Source: a virus
Taxonomy: Duplodnaviria > Caudoviricetes
Virus record (IMG/VR): IMGVR_UViG_3300028591_005215
Coordinates: 32,001 to 96,000 of that record
Length of the DNA stretch: 64,000 nt
Direction: 5' to 3' (one strand)
The position numbers and the translations under genes were made by a program. The notes under the pieces were generated by a model. That model saw only the letters and a list, made by a program, of their open reading frames with translations, did not search any database and was not told the origin of the DNA. Of the stretch, positions 38,115 through 48,335 are shown piece after piece; within the stretch, counting starts at the first letter, position 1, and each line of letters opens with the position of its first letter.

Positions 38115-39998
38115 TTATGATTTTTTATATTTATTGGCTCTACTGGCTAACTTTTTAAACTCTTCTATCGTAAGTTCTTGTATTTCAAGTGTTTTCTTAT
38201 TTCTAACCCTTATTTTCGTGTTTTTTGTAACGCATTTTCCACAACCCGTAGGACCTCCCATTAGGATGTTAGCCATAGTTTTTGTTTTATCACCAAGTCC
38301 TACCTTGTTTCTTTTAATGACTTTGCAAATAGCATCAACAGCTTCATCTTGCCCTATAACACTATTTTTTAAAATTTCATCAATATGTGCAATCTTCTTT
38401 TTTTCGTTTGAACTGAGCTTTGAAACAGGCACCTTTACCATTTCTGAAATTGTTTCATTAATATCATCTGCGTCAATAATTACTTCTTTTGATTTTTTAG
38501 ATGACTGCTCACGTTTATAATCACTTAATTCTTTTTTGATTACATTTTCTTCTAACGTAATAGCATCAATTTTTTCAAATTCTCCAGCATTAAGATACGT
38601 TGATTTTTCTTCTTCAATTCCATCTAATCTTTTTTTCATTGCAATAATTTCTTTTGGCTCTTTTTCACCGATTGATGTTGATGCGCCTGCTAAATCAATA
38701 ACATCAAAAGCAGAATCTGGTAAACTCCTATCAGTTATATACCTTTCAGCAAGTTCAACTGCTTTTTCTATTGCTTCATCAGTGTATTTAACATTATGAA
38801 ATTCTTCATAATAACCTTTAGACTGCTTCAAAGTTTCAATGGCTTCTTTAGTACTAGGTGCTTCAATAATGATACGTTGCATTTTTCTTGAAATAGACGT
38901 ATTAGATTCAATTGAATTTCTATAATCTTTAAATGTTGTTGTACCAATAACTCTAACATCACCGCCAGATAAAATATCTCCAATCATTCCTGAAATATCA
39001 GTATCTTTATCTTTAGTTCCACTTTTTAAAACATTCTGCATATCATCAATAAAAAGAATGTACTTTGATGATGATTTTAATTCATCAAATAATCCTTTAA
39101 TGCGTTCTTCAAACATTCCTCTAAAGTGTGTTCCAGAAACAATTGCCATAATATCAATCATAACGATTTCTTTACCTTCAAGTATTGATGGTACGTTACC
39201 TTTTGAAATCATAGATGCCAAACCATACACAATTTCAGTCTTACCTACGCCACCATTACCTACAAGAATTACGTTGTTTTTCTTTCGTCTTGCAAGAACC
39301 TTGATAATTTCATTAATTTCATCTTTCCTTCCTACAAGTTCATCAATTTTACCGTTCTTAGCTAATTCATTCAAGTTAGTTGTAAACTTTGACACATATT
39401 CGTCTTTTGTTACAACGCTTGAAGTATTTACTTCACTTTTTAGAGGGAAAATAGCTGGTTTAAGCGAATTACCAATTTTATTACTGATAAAGCCTTTAGG
39501 CCTTATTGCTTTTGGTGTATGTTTTGGTTTAACTTTGTCTTCACTGCATTTATCTAAAATAAAGCTATATTCAATCCCTACTGTTTTGAATACATCCTTA
39601 ATTTTAATTTCGTTAGATGGGTTTAAAATAGAAAGTAATACATGTTCAGTGCCAACTTTTTTAGAACCTGTTGCTTCCATTTCTTTTTCAGCATTTTCTA
39701 AAATTTTATTTAGCTCAAAATCAAAGTTTACTTTACTATTGTCTTTATTTTTTACAATTGGCTTAGAATGTTCCTTTAATACGTTTATATAAATTTCTTT
39801 TAGTTCATACATATTATTGGACATTAAACAATTGTCAAGTATCATATTTGCGTGACAATTCTTTGTATCAAGAATTGAAACCATTAAGTATTCAGGCGTA
39901 AAAATTTCAGTTGGGAATTCATTTACAAGGATATCAACCATATAAGTCAAGACACCCTGTAGCTCATAAGAATAAATATCGTTTTTGCTTTCACTCAT
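38115..39998 (-). CDS. clpC: ClpC/ClpB N-terminal half ending in a 39-aa N-intein (38234-38118)
   Basis: Clp-N repeats (TPEYL, GTEHVLL), GRKDE, RRKKNN, GNGGVGKT, LPDSAFDVID, GQDEA, GPTGCGK|CVTKNTKI. Confidence 0.9.
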   Translation of the reverse strand: MSESKNDIYSYELQGVLTYMVDILVNEFPTEIFTPEYLMVSILDTKNCHANMILDNCLMSNNMYELKEIYINVLKEHSKPIVKNKDNSKVNFDFELNKILENAEKEMEATGSKKVGTEHVLLSILNPSNEIKIKDVFKTVGIEYSFILDKCSEDKVKPKHTPKAIRPKGFISNKIGNSLKPAIFPLKSEVNTSSVVTKDEYVSKFTTNLNELAKNGKIDELVGRKDEINEIIKVLARRKKNNVILVGNGGVGKTEIVYGLASMISKGNVPSILEGKEIVMIDIMAIVSGTHFRGMFEERIKGLFDELKSSSKYILFIDDMQNVLKSGTKDKDTDISGMIGDILSGGDVRVIGTTTFKDYRNSIESNTSISRKMQRIIIEAPSTKEAIETLKQSKGYYEEFHNVKYTDEAIEKAVELAERYITDRSLPDSAFDVIDLAGASTSIGEKEPKEIIAMKKRLDGIEEEKSTYLNAGEFEKIDAITLEENVIKKELSDYKREQSSKKSKEVIIDADDINETISEMVKVPVSKLSSNEKKKIAHIDEILKNSVIGQDEAVDAICKVIKRNKVGLGDKTKTMANILMGGPTGCGKCVTKNTKIRVRNKKTLEIQELTIEEFKKLASRANKYKKS

Positions 39999-40186
39999 AT
40001 TTTCTCTATTTTTATATAAAATATATAATAATATTTTAAAGAGTCAAATAAAATATTATATATATTATTAAAAATAAAATATATATTATTTTTTTTGTTT
40101 TATTAATTATTTTTAATATATTTGTAATATACGCAATGGAACTATGAAGCCTATTGCTTAGTTTTTTTTAAAAAAAAAAGAAGTTT

Positions 40187-40651
40187 ATGAGTAAATTATT
40201 TAATTATTATGCAGATGATGTTGATAAAGTATGGTATCAAAGCAGTAATATAAAATATTCAGAATGCATTGATAACGATAATAAGCCTAAGACATTAAAA
40301 GTAGTGTTTTCTAACGGTACACAATATCAATACGATGATGTTGACGTTAGAGATTATTTATTGTTTAGAGAAGATGATTCACAGGGTAAAGCACTAAACA
40401 AATTTATTAAATCAAAAGGTTATCAATTTACAAAATTACCCAATGCAGATTTAAATTTAATTAACGAAGAGTATGAATTTAGAACAGGTAATGGACTTCA
40501 AATAGAATCATTTGATAGTAGTAGCTTTAGAATCCTTGACAATAAAAATAATGAATTATATAGTATAAAAAATGCAGATGAATCTTCGTATGAAGATATA
40601 GTTAAAGATATTCTTAGTGCCGTAGGCTTCAACGTCAAAATAAAAGTTTAA
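40187..40651 (+). CDS. KTSC-domain protein
   Basis: SSNIK..LKVVFSNGTQYQYDDV..SQGKALNKFIK. Confidence 0.75.
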   Translation: MSKLFNYYADDVDKVWYQSSNIKYSECIDNDNKPKTLKVVFSNGTQYQYDDVDVRDYLLFREDDSQGKALNKFIKSKGYQFTKLPNADLNLINEEYEFRTGNGLQIESFDSSSFRILDNKNNELYSIKNADESSYEDIVKDILSAVGFNVKIKV

Positions 40652-40660
40652 TTTAAAATT

Positions 40661-40903
40661 ATGGAAAAATTTGACAATTATTTAATAGAAAATTCAAAAA
40701 CCTATAAGTCAGATATATCATGGGTGGATTGCTTTTATAATGATGCTGCAATGCGAATTATTAATGACTTGCTAACTCCGCAACTTATAGAAGAAATAGA
40801 CAGAGAAATAGTAAATTCTTTATCATCTAATCAATGGACTTGGAAAATTACGCAAAAGTCTGATGTTATTCCTAATAGCAGACCTTATCACTATGAGAAA
40901 TGA
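40661..40903 (+). CDS. small protein with a gp23-like segment
   Basis: LLTPQLIEEIDREIVNSL. Confidence 0.55.
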   Translation: MEKFDNYLIENSKTYKSDISWVDCFYNDAAMRIINDLLTPQLIEEIDREIVNSLSSNQWTWKITQKSDVIPNSRPYHYEK

Positions 40904-41060
40904 AAACATTGATATTAACATAAGTAATACATATGTTGGCAAAGCCTTAGTTGATATAGTATTTCATCGAATTCGTCCAATGGTGATTGGAAATAAAGAC
41001 GTTAATTCTATAGAAATGGATAAACCAACAGGTATTTTATTTTATATTGATTTTAAATAA
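40863..41060 (+). CDS. small hypothetical protein (true start probably MRNEN)
   Basis: SIEMDKPTGILFYIDF, also reminiscent of a gp23 N-proximal segment. Confidence 0.5.
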   Translation: MLFLIADLITMRNENIDINISNTYVGKALVDIVFHRIRPMVIGNKDVNSIEMDKPTGILFYIDFK

Positions 41061-41066
41061 AAAAAT

Positions 41067-41543
41067 ATGAGTGCAATTATAATTAGTGCTTTCCCTGGTA
41101 TGGGAAAAAGTTATGCTTTTAATGCTTTAAAGGACAAAATTAAAATATTAGATAGTGACTCTAGTAAATTTAATAAAGATGAATTTCCTTCAAATTATAT
41201 CAAGCATATAAAAGATAATATAGCAGATAATGATATAATTTTTGTATCATCGCACAAAGAAGTACGTGATGCATTAGAAATTGAAGGAATTGATTATGAT
41301 TTATTTTACCCATCTAAAGAGCGTAGGAATGAGTTTTTAGAAAATTATGTTAGTAGACATTCCCCAAGTGGGCTAATTCAAAAAATAGATAATAATTGGC
41401 CAGAATGGATAGATGAAATAGATGGTGAAGTAAGTAAACATTGCCATAAACATTGCCTAAAAAATAAAGGTGAATTTATTTTAAATAACCCTATGATTAT
41501 GTCGTTTGTGTCACAAGTTATTGACGAAAAAGAAAATAAGTAA
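41067..41543 (+). CDS. P-loop kinase-like protein
   Basis: IISAFPGMGKS, DSDSS. Confidence 0.7.
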   Translation: MSAIIISAFPGMGKSYAFNALKDKIKILDSDSSKFNKDEFPSNYIKHIKDNIADNDIIFVSSHKEVRDALEIEGIDYDLFYPSKERRNEFLENYVSRHSPSGLIQKIDNNWPEWIDEIDGEVSKHCHKHCLKNKGEFILNNPMIMSFVSQVIDEKENK

Positions 41544-41554
41544 CTTATTAAAAA

Positions 41555-42535
41555 ATGATTATGAACAACGTAGATAAGCAATATTTAAATTTACTTACTG
41601 ACATTAAAAATAATGGAGCTTTAAAATCAACAAGAAGTGGTGATGTACTATCAGTATTTTCACGTACAATGCGATTTAATTTAAAAGAAGGCTTTCCATT
41701 ACTAACAACCAAAAAAGTCTTTTACAGAGGGGTTATAGAAGAATTATTATGGTTTATAAGCGGTTCTACTAACATAAAGGCTTTAACAGATAAAAACGTA
41801 CATATATGGGATGATGATGCTTATAGGCATTATAAGTCATTGATAAAAAAACACAATTCGCTTACAAATGCGTTAGATAATGACGTTAAAGTCGCACTAA
41901 ATAAAGATGAATTTATTAAAAAAGTTTCCGAAGAAGGATTTGAAGATTTACTATATAGTCCCGATGGATATAGAATGCGATATATTTATGGTGATTTAGG
42001 CCCTGTATATGGTAAACAATGGAGAAGATTTGGAAATAGTGGCGTTGACCAAATAAAAAAAATAATTGACACATTAAAAACAAATCCTAATGATAGAAGA
42101 TTACTTTGTGTTGCATTTAACCCATCGGATTTAGATGAAATGGCATTACCTCCTTGTCATGTAATGTTTCAATTCTATGTGCGTGAATTAAATGATGGCA
42201 AATATGGGCTAAGTTGTAAATGGACGCAAAGAAGCGTAGATAGCTTTTTAGGTTTGCCATTTAACATAGCAAGTTATGCAGCGTTAACATATATGATTGC
42301 AGAAGTTGTTGGAATGGTACCAGATGAATTGATTGCCGATTTAGGTGATACTCATATTTACTGTAACCAAATGAAAGCTGTTGATGAACAATTAACAAGG
42401 AAAGGGTTTGATACATTACCTACTTTAAAATTTGGAAGAAAAATTGATGATATAGATGACTTCAAATATGAAGACTTTATAATAGAAAATTATAAAAGTG
42501 ATAGTACAATAAAAGCACCTTTAAGTGTTGGGTAA
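41555..42535 (+). CDS. thyA: thymidylate synthase
   Basis: FPLLTTKK, ELLWF, LGPVYGKQWR, MALPPCH, QRSVD.FLGLPFNIASY, GDTHIY. Confidence 0.97.
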   Translation: MIMNNVDKQYLNLLTDIKNNGALKSTRSGDVLSVFSRTMRFNLKEGFPLLTTKKVFYRGVIEELLWFISGSTNIKALTDKNVHIWDDDAYRHYKSLIKKHNSLTNALDNDVKVALNKDEFIKKVSEEGFEDLLYSPDGYRMRYIYGDLGPVYGKQWRRFGNSGVDQIKKIIDTLKTNPNDRRLLCVAFNPSDLDEMALPPCHVMFQFYVRELNDGKYGLSCKWTQRSVDSFLGLPFNIASYAALTYMIAEVVGMVPDELIADLGDTHIYCNQMKAVDEQLTRKGFDTLPTLKFGRKIDDIDDFKYEDFIIENYKSDSTIKAPLSVG

Positions 42536-42536
42536 A

Positions 42537-42576
42537 ATAAAAGCGAAGCTTGAATAAGGCTTCGCTTTTATTTTTT
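42537..42576. terminator. bidirectional terminator
   Basis: aataaaagcgaagc/gcttcgcttttatt. Confidence 0.75.
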
Positions 42577-42578
42577 TC

Positions 42579-43463
42579 TTATCTTTTAAGGCCGAATATT
42601 CTTTTACCTCTAACACTTTTAGATGCTTCTGGATTTGTAGGTTTGCTTTGCATTATATATTTTTCATACATAGACGGGTCGTTTTTTGCTTTAATATACC
42701 ATTGCATAATAGCACTTTTTTCCTTTGTTGGCACAAATTTTAAGTATTGTTCCTTTTGCCCAAACGTAGCTGGTTGAAAGTCGTTTGTTAAATATTTAGT
42801 TTCATTACCAGTTCTATTATTAACACTGCGTTTTTTCCTTATCCAATTTATAGTACCTTCTGGATAGTTGCCATTACTATCAGCCACACCAACACTTATT
42901 CGCTCTAATGTACCACTTGATATTTGATTACATTTTAAGAAAGTTTTCTTTGCCACATCATATTTTGGGTTAAAAAACAAATTAGCCCAAACTGGTACAC
43001 CGCTATTATATATTTCCATAATAAGCATATAATAGCATCTGCATTTTTGCATAAATGTTTTTCTATCTGATGGTGATAAATGCTGCTTATCATAATCTGG
43101 TTCCAAATAAAATGTAGAAGGGTGCATACCAAATTTACCTATGTTAGTCTTTTCTTTTGTTGCAGGTGGTTCATTTGTTGCTGAATTATAGAATGCATGC
43201 ATATTATGCGAAATTTTTTCGTAAGTATCATATATAGCATCAACGATTTCATTCATTTGATTTTTTAAAGCCAAATCATAAGTAATTTTATCATTACTCA
43301 TAGTCTCATCACTTATTGATGGGTTTTTAAAATAGTCATTACCTAATTTTTGATAGAGTGCTAATCGCCTAACTGCGTCATCCATTGTTTTATCTTCCAA
43401 AACTAAATTGGTAAATATATTGTTAAATGTACTTTCAGATATAATAATAGTCTTTTTCATCAT
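42579..43463 (-). CDS. hypothetical protein with head-protein leader and KRIFGLKR tail
   Basis: MMKKTIIISE...LVLE; C-terminus RGKRIFGLKR. Confidence 0.8.
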   Translation of the reverse strand: MMKKTIIISESTFNNIFTNLVLEDKTMDDAVRRLALYQKLGNDYFKNPSISDETMSNDKITYDLALKNQMNEIVDAIYDTYEKISHNMHAFYNSATNEPPATKEKTNIGKFGMHPSTFYLEPDYDKQHLSPSDRKTFMQKCRCYYMLIMEIYNSGVPVWANLFFNPKYDVAKKTFLKCNQISSGTLERISVGVADSNGNYPEGTINWIRKKRSVNNRTGNETKYLTNDFQPATFGQKEQYLKFVPTKEKSAIMQWYIKAKNDPSMYEKYIMQSKPTNPEASKSVRGKRIFGLKR

Positions 43464-43512
43464 CTATAATATTTATTAATAAATAACTAATTAAAAAGAA
43501 AAAAACGATTAT

Positions 43513-43770
43513 ATGATAGATAAAGGATATGATTCTTATGGTTATGATTTGTCAGAACAGTTTGTTCCATTGGCAGTACAATGTAATACCAGTTATGATG
43601 GCATAAAGAATAAAGATGGAATTAAATACACTGAAGCTGAATCATTTGCTTCCGAAGAAGGCGTAAAAGAAGCAGAATTAGTAGCCCCTTTATGTAATTT
43701 CAATAAAAACCAAAATGTTAAAATGATTAATGATGATGAAACTGTAAACGATAGAAAAACACAAAACTAA
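43513..43770 (+). CDS. hypothetical protein
   Basis: 85-aa ORF, ATATTTAT at 43469. Confidence 0.7.
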   Translation: MIDKGYDSYGYDLSEQFVPLAVQCNTSYDGIKNKDGIKYTEAESFASEEGVKEAELVAPLCNFNKNQNVKMINDDETVNDRKTQN

Positions 43771-43782
43771 AATATTTTTTTA

Positions 43783-46761
43783 ATGAAAAAAATAATATTA
43801 AATGAACATAAACTTTTAAATTTAAGAGAAAGTATAATAAACGAGCTTAATTTGAATCCAGAGTCAGACATGGGTTCAAATAATGATGTGTTTTATTTTG
43901 CTTTATATAAAGGTGATATTGCTATATACACAGATGATAACCCATTATCATTAAAAAGCATGTTAAATAGTCATAAGAGCGAATTAAAGGATTATTTAAA
44001 TGATTTAGATGTAGCAATTGAAAATCATGATATTGAAAATTATACAAAAATATTAGGCTCTAATTTCCCAAGACTTGTAACAGGCTGTTTCTATGGTAAT
44101 ACTTTAGAAATCACGCCTAATAGCACATATAATGTTTTAAACTCTACTGAACTCTATTCATTAAGTAAAATGTTTAGTTTAGATTACGTAAATGTTTATT
44201 ATGGGTCTAAAAAAATAAAAACTTCACAAATAAATAGAAATATAGAAAAACCAAAATCTTTTTATCATGGTACTACTTTAAAATTTGCAGAAGGAATACT
44301 TAAAAAAGGATTAAGAAGTAACCCTGAAAAAAGTAGATGGGATATTAAGCATAATGATACTGTGTTCATAACATCAAGCTTTGATATTGCAATGGAATAT
44401 GCTTCTATTGTTTCTGGTGATATGCCAATTAATGAAAAAAAATTTTATCCTTGTGTTATAGAATTTGATGGTGATAAACTTGATGAAAATAAATTTGTGT
44501 TTGACTATGATACATATAATTCTTATGCAAATGAAAGATTTGATAATGTGTATAACAACCAAATGGAAAAAAATGGTATAGACTATACTGATTACCATAA
44601 AGCAGATGCTATTGATAAAAAAGAAAACCCTGCTAAATATACAAAAATAGGGTATCGTGGGATTATTCACCCTAATGCTATTAAAAGTATTTGTATAGAC
44701 GGAATGCATGGGAAGGAATTTTATACGCCTCAAGAATATTTTAACAGTAAATATTACCAACTAAAAGAATCTAAACCTGATGGATATATAGGTGCTGAAG
44801 GTGATGGTGGTAGCAATGAATATTTTCATGTAGAACAAAATATTGAAGAAAATCAAGAATCGGAAGTAAAGGCTGATGAAGTAAGCCTTGACTCCTTTAA
44901 AAAAGAAGATACTTTAGCACCTAAAATTTGGAAAGGTGATAAATTAAATTCTAAAGTAAGGCTAAAACTATTAGATATTGCTGATGATTTTTGGGAAACT
45001 GTTAACGTTAATTGGGTTAAAAGAAAAGGTATTATTTTAACAGGTTCAATTTGTAATTACAATTGGTCTAAATTTTCAGACATTGATTTGCACATAATTG
45101 TAGATTTTTCTGAAGTTGATGAAAGGACAAATTTTGTTCAAGAATATTTCAATTCAAAAAAGAATGAATGGAATAATGAACATGAAGGGTTAAAAATTTA
45201 TGGTTTCAATGTTGAAGTATACGTAGAAGATATAAATGCTGAAACTGAATCTGGTGGGTTGTATGATTTGGAAGACAATAATTGGATAAAAAAACCTAAC
45301 CCGAATGATATACATTCCATTGCGCCTGACAGTAAAGAAATTAAACTTAAATCATCAAAAATAATGACTAAAATTGATGATTATATTGATTTAATGAATT
45401 CTACAAATGATGATGCACAACTAAGAAAAATTGGTAAGAAGGCACACAAATTGTTGAATAAGATTAAATCAATGCGTAAATTAGGCTTAAAGCGTGGAGG
45501 TGAAACTGACCCGTATAATATTATATATAAGGTATTAAGGAGAACTGAATATCTTGATAAGCTATGGGATATTTCAAGTAAATTGTATGATAAGCTTAAT
45601 TCTATCACTGAAAGTAGAATAATAAATGAATCTGCTTCAGTAGATTTATCAGAAGTAGGTGAAGTAGAATGGGAATTATCAATTGACCAAGATGATTATA
45701 AAGAATATCTTGAAGAAAATGGACTTGAAAATAGCAATGAAGTTTTAGCTGCGTATGTTAAAAACGAATTCCCTACTTTTGAATTAACATATTATGATAA
45801 TGAAGATTATCATTATTGTGGTGGCGATAGTGTTTATTGGGATGATTTGGTAGATATTTTTGGCGAAGATTGGGCTGAAAAAATGCTTAACACTTTCATA
45901 CAAAAAGGCGAAATAGATAAATACGACTTCTTCTCATACACAGGAAGATTTGAAACTTGCGAAATGTATGAAGATAGCCCTATAGATATTAACAATCCAT
46001 ATGAATTAAATTATCGTGCGTTACAATTATTTAGGCACGGTGGTTATTTTAAAGGCTGTAGGGGCTTTATTTTATCTGATGGTAACATTATATATACCGA
46101 AGGTGAACACAACGAAGTAACACGAATAAATGGTATTGATGATAAATTCCAATTTATTAAACTTGGTAACATTAGAATAATGCCTAATTCTATAGACATT
46201 GGCAGAGAGCCAACTTATGAGCAAAAAGAAGTTCTTAGAAAAGTTATAGCATCTTATTCTGATGAAGAATTATATATGGATGTATACAATGAAAAGGTAG
46301 GCGATGCTGGCGCCAAATATGTATGTCCTGATTGGAGATATGTGATTGGCGAGATAGATAGATTCTATGATAAAGGAATTAAGCCAATGGGTAGAAATGT
46401 CTATGAAAATAAAGGATATGTATTTGAGGAAGTAGTTGCTGATGGCAATTCTGAGCATAACCCATATATTAAAAAATGGAAGCACCAAAAAGATATACTT
46501 AGGAATTATATTATACAAACAGGCGAAATAATGCAAAGCATGGAGAACGGTAAACTTTACAAAGTTTTATATGATAAAGATTTATCTGTGTATTTGGGTG
46601 TTGAATATGCATATTGTATACAATATGACCCTAATAAATTGAAGCCTATAGGCGCAATATATATAAGACCATTAAGTTCTTTTACGTATGTAGTACAAAA
46701 TATTGAATATGACACAAGAGGGCATGATAATATTGAAGGTACTTCTGATGATATTGAATAA
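43783..46761 (+). CDS. polyvalent protein: leader + ART-fold domain + Pol-beta-type nucleotidyltransferase + unknown domains
   Basis: MKKIILNE; FYHGTT..GILKKGL..VFITSSFDIAMEYA; LTGSICNYNWSKFSDIDLH..VEVYVE; internal LKE/IEE/ITE/INE sites. Confidence 0.75.
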   Translation: MKKIILNEHKLLNLRESIINELNLNPESDMGSNNDVFYFALYKGDIAIYTDDNPLSLKSMLNSHKSELKDYLNDLDVAIENHDIENYTKILGSNFPRLVTGCFYGNTLEITPNSTYNVLNSTELYSLSKMFSLDYVNVYYGSKKIKTSQINRNIEKPKSFYHGTTLKFAEGILKKGLRSNPEKSRWDIKHNDTVFITSSFDIAMEYASIVSGDMPINEKKFYPCVIEFDGDKLDENKFVFDYDTYNSYANERFDNVYNNQMEKNGIDYTDYHKADAIDKKENPAKYTKIGYRGIIHPNAIKSICIDGMHGKEFYTPQEYFNSKYYQLKESKPDGYIGAEGDGGSNEYFHVEQNIEENQESEVKADEVSLDSFKKEDTLAPKIWKGDKLNSKVRLKLLDIADDFWETVNVNWVKRKGIILTGSICNYNWSKFSDIDLHIIVDFSEVDERTNFVQEYFNSKKNEWNNEHEGLKIYGFNVEVYVEDINAETESGGLYDLEDNNWIKKPNPNDIHSIAPDSKEIKLKSSKIMTKIDDYIDLMNSTNDDAQLRKIGKKAHKLLNKIKSMRKLGLKRGGETDPYNIIYKVLRRTEYLDKLWDISSKLYDKLNSITESRIINESASVDLSEVGEVEWELSIDQDDYKEYLEENGLENSNEVLAAYVKNEFPTFELTYYDNEDYHYCGGDSVYWDDLVDIFGEDWAEKMLNTFIQKGEIDKYDFFSYTGRFETCEMYEDSPIDINNPYELNYRALQLFRHGGYFKGCRGFILSDGNIIYTEGEHNEVTRINGIDDKFQFIKLGNIRIMPNSIDIGREPTYEQKEVLRKVIASYSDEELYMDVYNEKVGDAGAKYVCPDWRYVIGEIDRFYDKGIKPMGRNVYENKGYVFEEVVADGNSEHNPYIKKWKHQKDILRNYIIQTGEIMQSMENGKLYKVLYDKDLSVYLGVEYAYCIQYDPNKLKPIGAIYIRPLSSFTYVVQNIEYDTRGHDNIEGTSDDIE

Positions 46762-46838
46762 AAAATTACTACTTTTTAGATGAGAAAGATATTTATATAA
46801 AAAAATAAAAAATTAATATATATTAATAATTTAAAATT

Positions 46839-48335
46839 ATGAACAATAGCAAGGACGTAAATAGTCAGCTTTCAAGAATGAAAAGCCTTATGAAATTTGG
46901 CATTAACGAAGGCAAGAATGTTGCTTACACTGGTGTCGAATATCAGAAGGTTGGCGCTGATGGTAAATTATACGGTATTGTACGTGAAGGTGCTAAATAC
47001 TATATTAAGACTTCACCAAACAAAAAAGGACAATTAGCTGAAAATTTCGAATATATCGGTGGATTCAGAAACAGGAAAGACAATGAGTACAAAAGTTTTG
47101 CTGAAGCTCAGAAGCAGTTTGATTTAAAAATGATGAGTATCAATGAAGCCAATGCTCCTGAAAAGAAAATTATGGTTGAATCTTGGAATCCTGATAGACA
47201 AGAAGAATTGACTGTAGAATCAACTGAAAGGTTGAGAAAGGAAATCTCACGTGAACGTCAGATTATGATGAATGCTTCTCGCATCAATGAAAAGAAAGAG
47301 CAGAACTTAAAACCAATCGCTGAAGAAGCTTGCTCTTGCGAAGGCTGTGAAGCTGATGTGAAAGCACAAGGTAAAAACAATATTGGCAAACAGAAAGCAC
47401 CTCAGACAGGTGATGCAAAAAATGCAGTTAAAGATTTTAAAGCTGTAAAAGATTCTGATATGAAAGACATGAATGAAGCTGCCGAACCATTGGCATGGCA
47501 TTCAACAGGTAAAGATGCTTCTGGTAACATTGCTGACGAATATTTGGATAAATCGCACGGCACTGAAATTGGCGACTCAGCTCCTTTTGATGATGCTAAA
47601 GGCAAAGATATTACTGAAGACATTGATGACATTGATGGAGAAGCTGACGTAGAAGATGATAGTGCCTTGGCTGATGATGAAGATGGGTTCGGTGCTGAAG
47701 ATGACTTTGAAGACGAAGATAGTTTGGGTGCTGAAGATGATGATTTTGGTGCTGAAGAAGACGAAACTGACCCTGATATTCACGATTTACAAGACCAAAT
47801 TGCTGATTTGTCCGATAAGCTTGATTCAATATTAGCAGCTGTAGGTGGTGATGAGCCAACAGTTGATAGTAGTGATTATGAGGATGATGACCTTTATGGA
47901 GACGAAGATGATGACTTCGATGATGATGAAATGCCTATGGAATCTCGTAACCGTAGAGGTGTGCAAGTATATGAGTCACGTGCATTCAGAAGAATGATGG
48001 TTAATGAATCAAGACGTAATCGTGCTCGTAGGCTTAACGAAGATGAAAAAATGAAAGCTTTTTCTGATGCAGGTAGAGTTCCAAGTGGTAATATGAATAA
48101 ATTGAACGACTTTGGTAAACATCCAGCTTATCAGAAGAAAGTAATGGAATTGCCTAAGACTGCAAAGCAAGAATTCCCTGGATACTACGATATGAACGAT
48201 GAAAGTGTATATAACGAAAATCCATATGGTGAAAAAATTGGCAGCAGTGCTCCATTCGTAGTTGACCCAGAAGAAATAGAAAATACTATTGCAGAATCTA
48301 TTAAAAGGCATTTGGGAAAAAAATTCATACGATAA
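46839..48335 (+). CDS. acidic prohead core/scaffold-like protein
   Basis: Many (I/L/M)xE sites, long Asp/Glu tract, ATATTTAT at 46789, located in the head module. Confidence 0.6.
   Translation: MNNSKDVNSQLSRMKSLMKFGINEGKNVAYTGVEYQKVGADGKLYGIVREGAKYYIKTSPNKKGQLAENFEYIGGFRNRKDNEYKSFAEAQKQFDLKMMSINEANAPEKKIMVESWNPDRQEELTVESTERLRKEISRERQIMMNASRINEKKEQNLKPIAEEACSCEGCEADVKAQGKNNIGKQKAPQTGDAKNAVKDFKAVKDSDMKDMNEAAEPLAWHSTGKDASGNIADEYLDKSHGTEIGDSAPFDDAKGKDITEDIDDIDGEADVEDDSALADDEDGFGAEDDFEDEDSLGAEDDDFGAEEDETDPDIHDLQDQIADLSDKLDSILAAVGGDEPTVDSSDYEDDDLYGDEDDDFDDDEMPMESRNRRGVQVYESRAFRRMMVNESRRNRARRLNEDEKMKAFSDAGRVPSGNMNKLNDFGKHPAYQKKVMELPKTAKQEFPGYYDMNDESVYNENPYGEKIGSSAPFVVDPEEIENTIAESIKRHLGKKFIR

Noticed and set aside
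38134-39792. Long antisense ORFs (38134, 38536, 39058) and other shadow ORFs such as 14662, 27102, 42550, 44374, 58595
   Set aside because: They lie opposite well-supported genes, have Ser/Leu/Ile/Phe-rich antisense composition and show no motifs.
35761-39998. clpC as a pseudogene
   Set aside because: Both halves keep all AAA+ motifs and the break is bounded exactly by complementary intein fragments.
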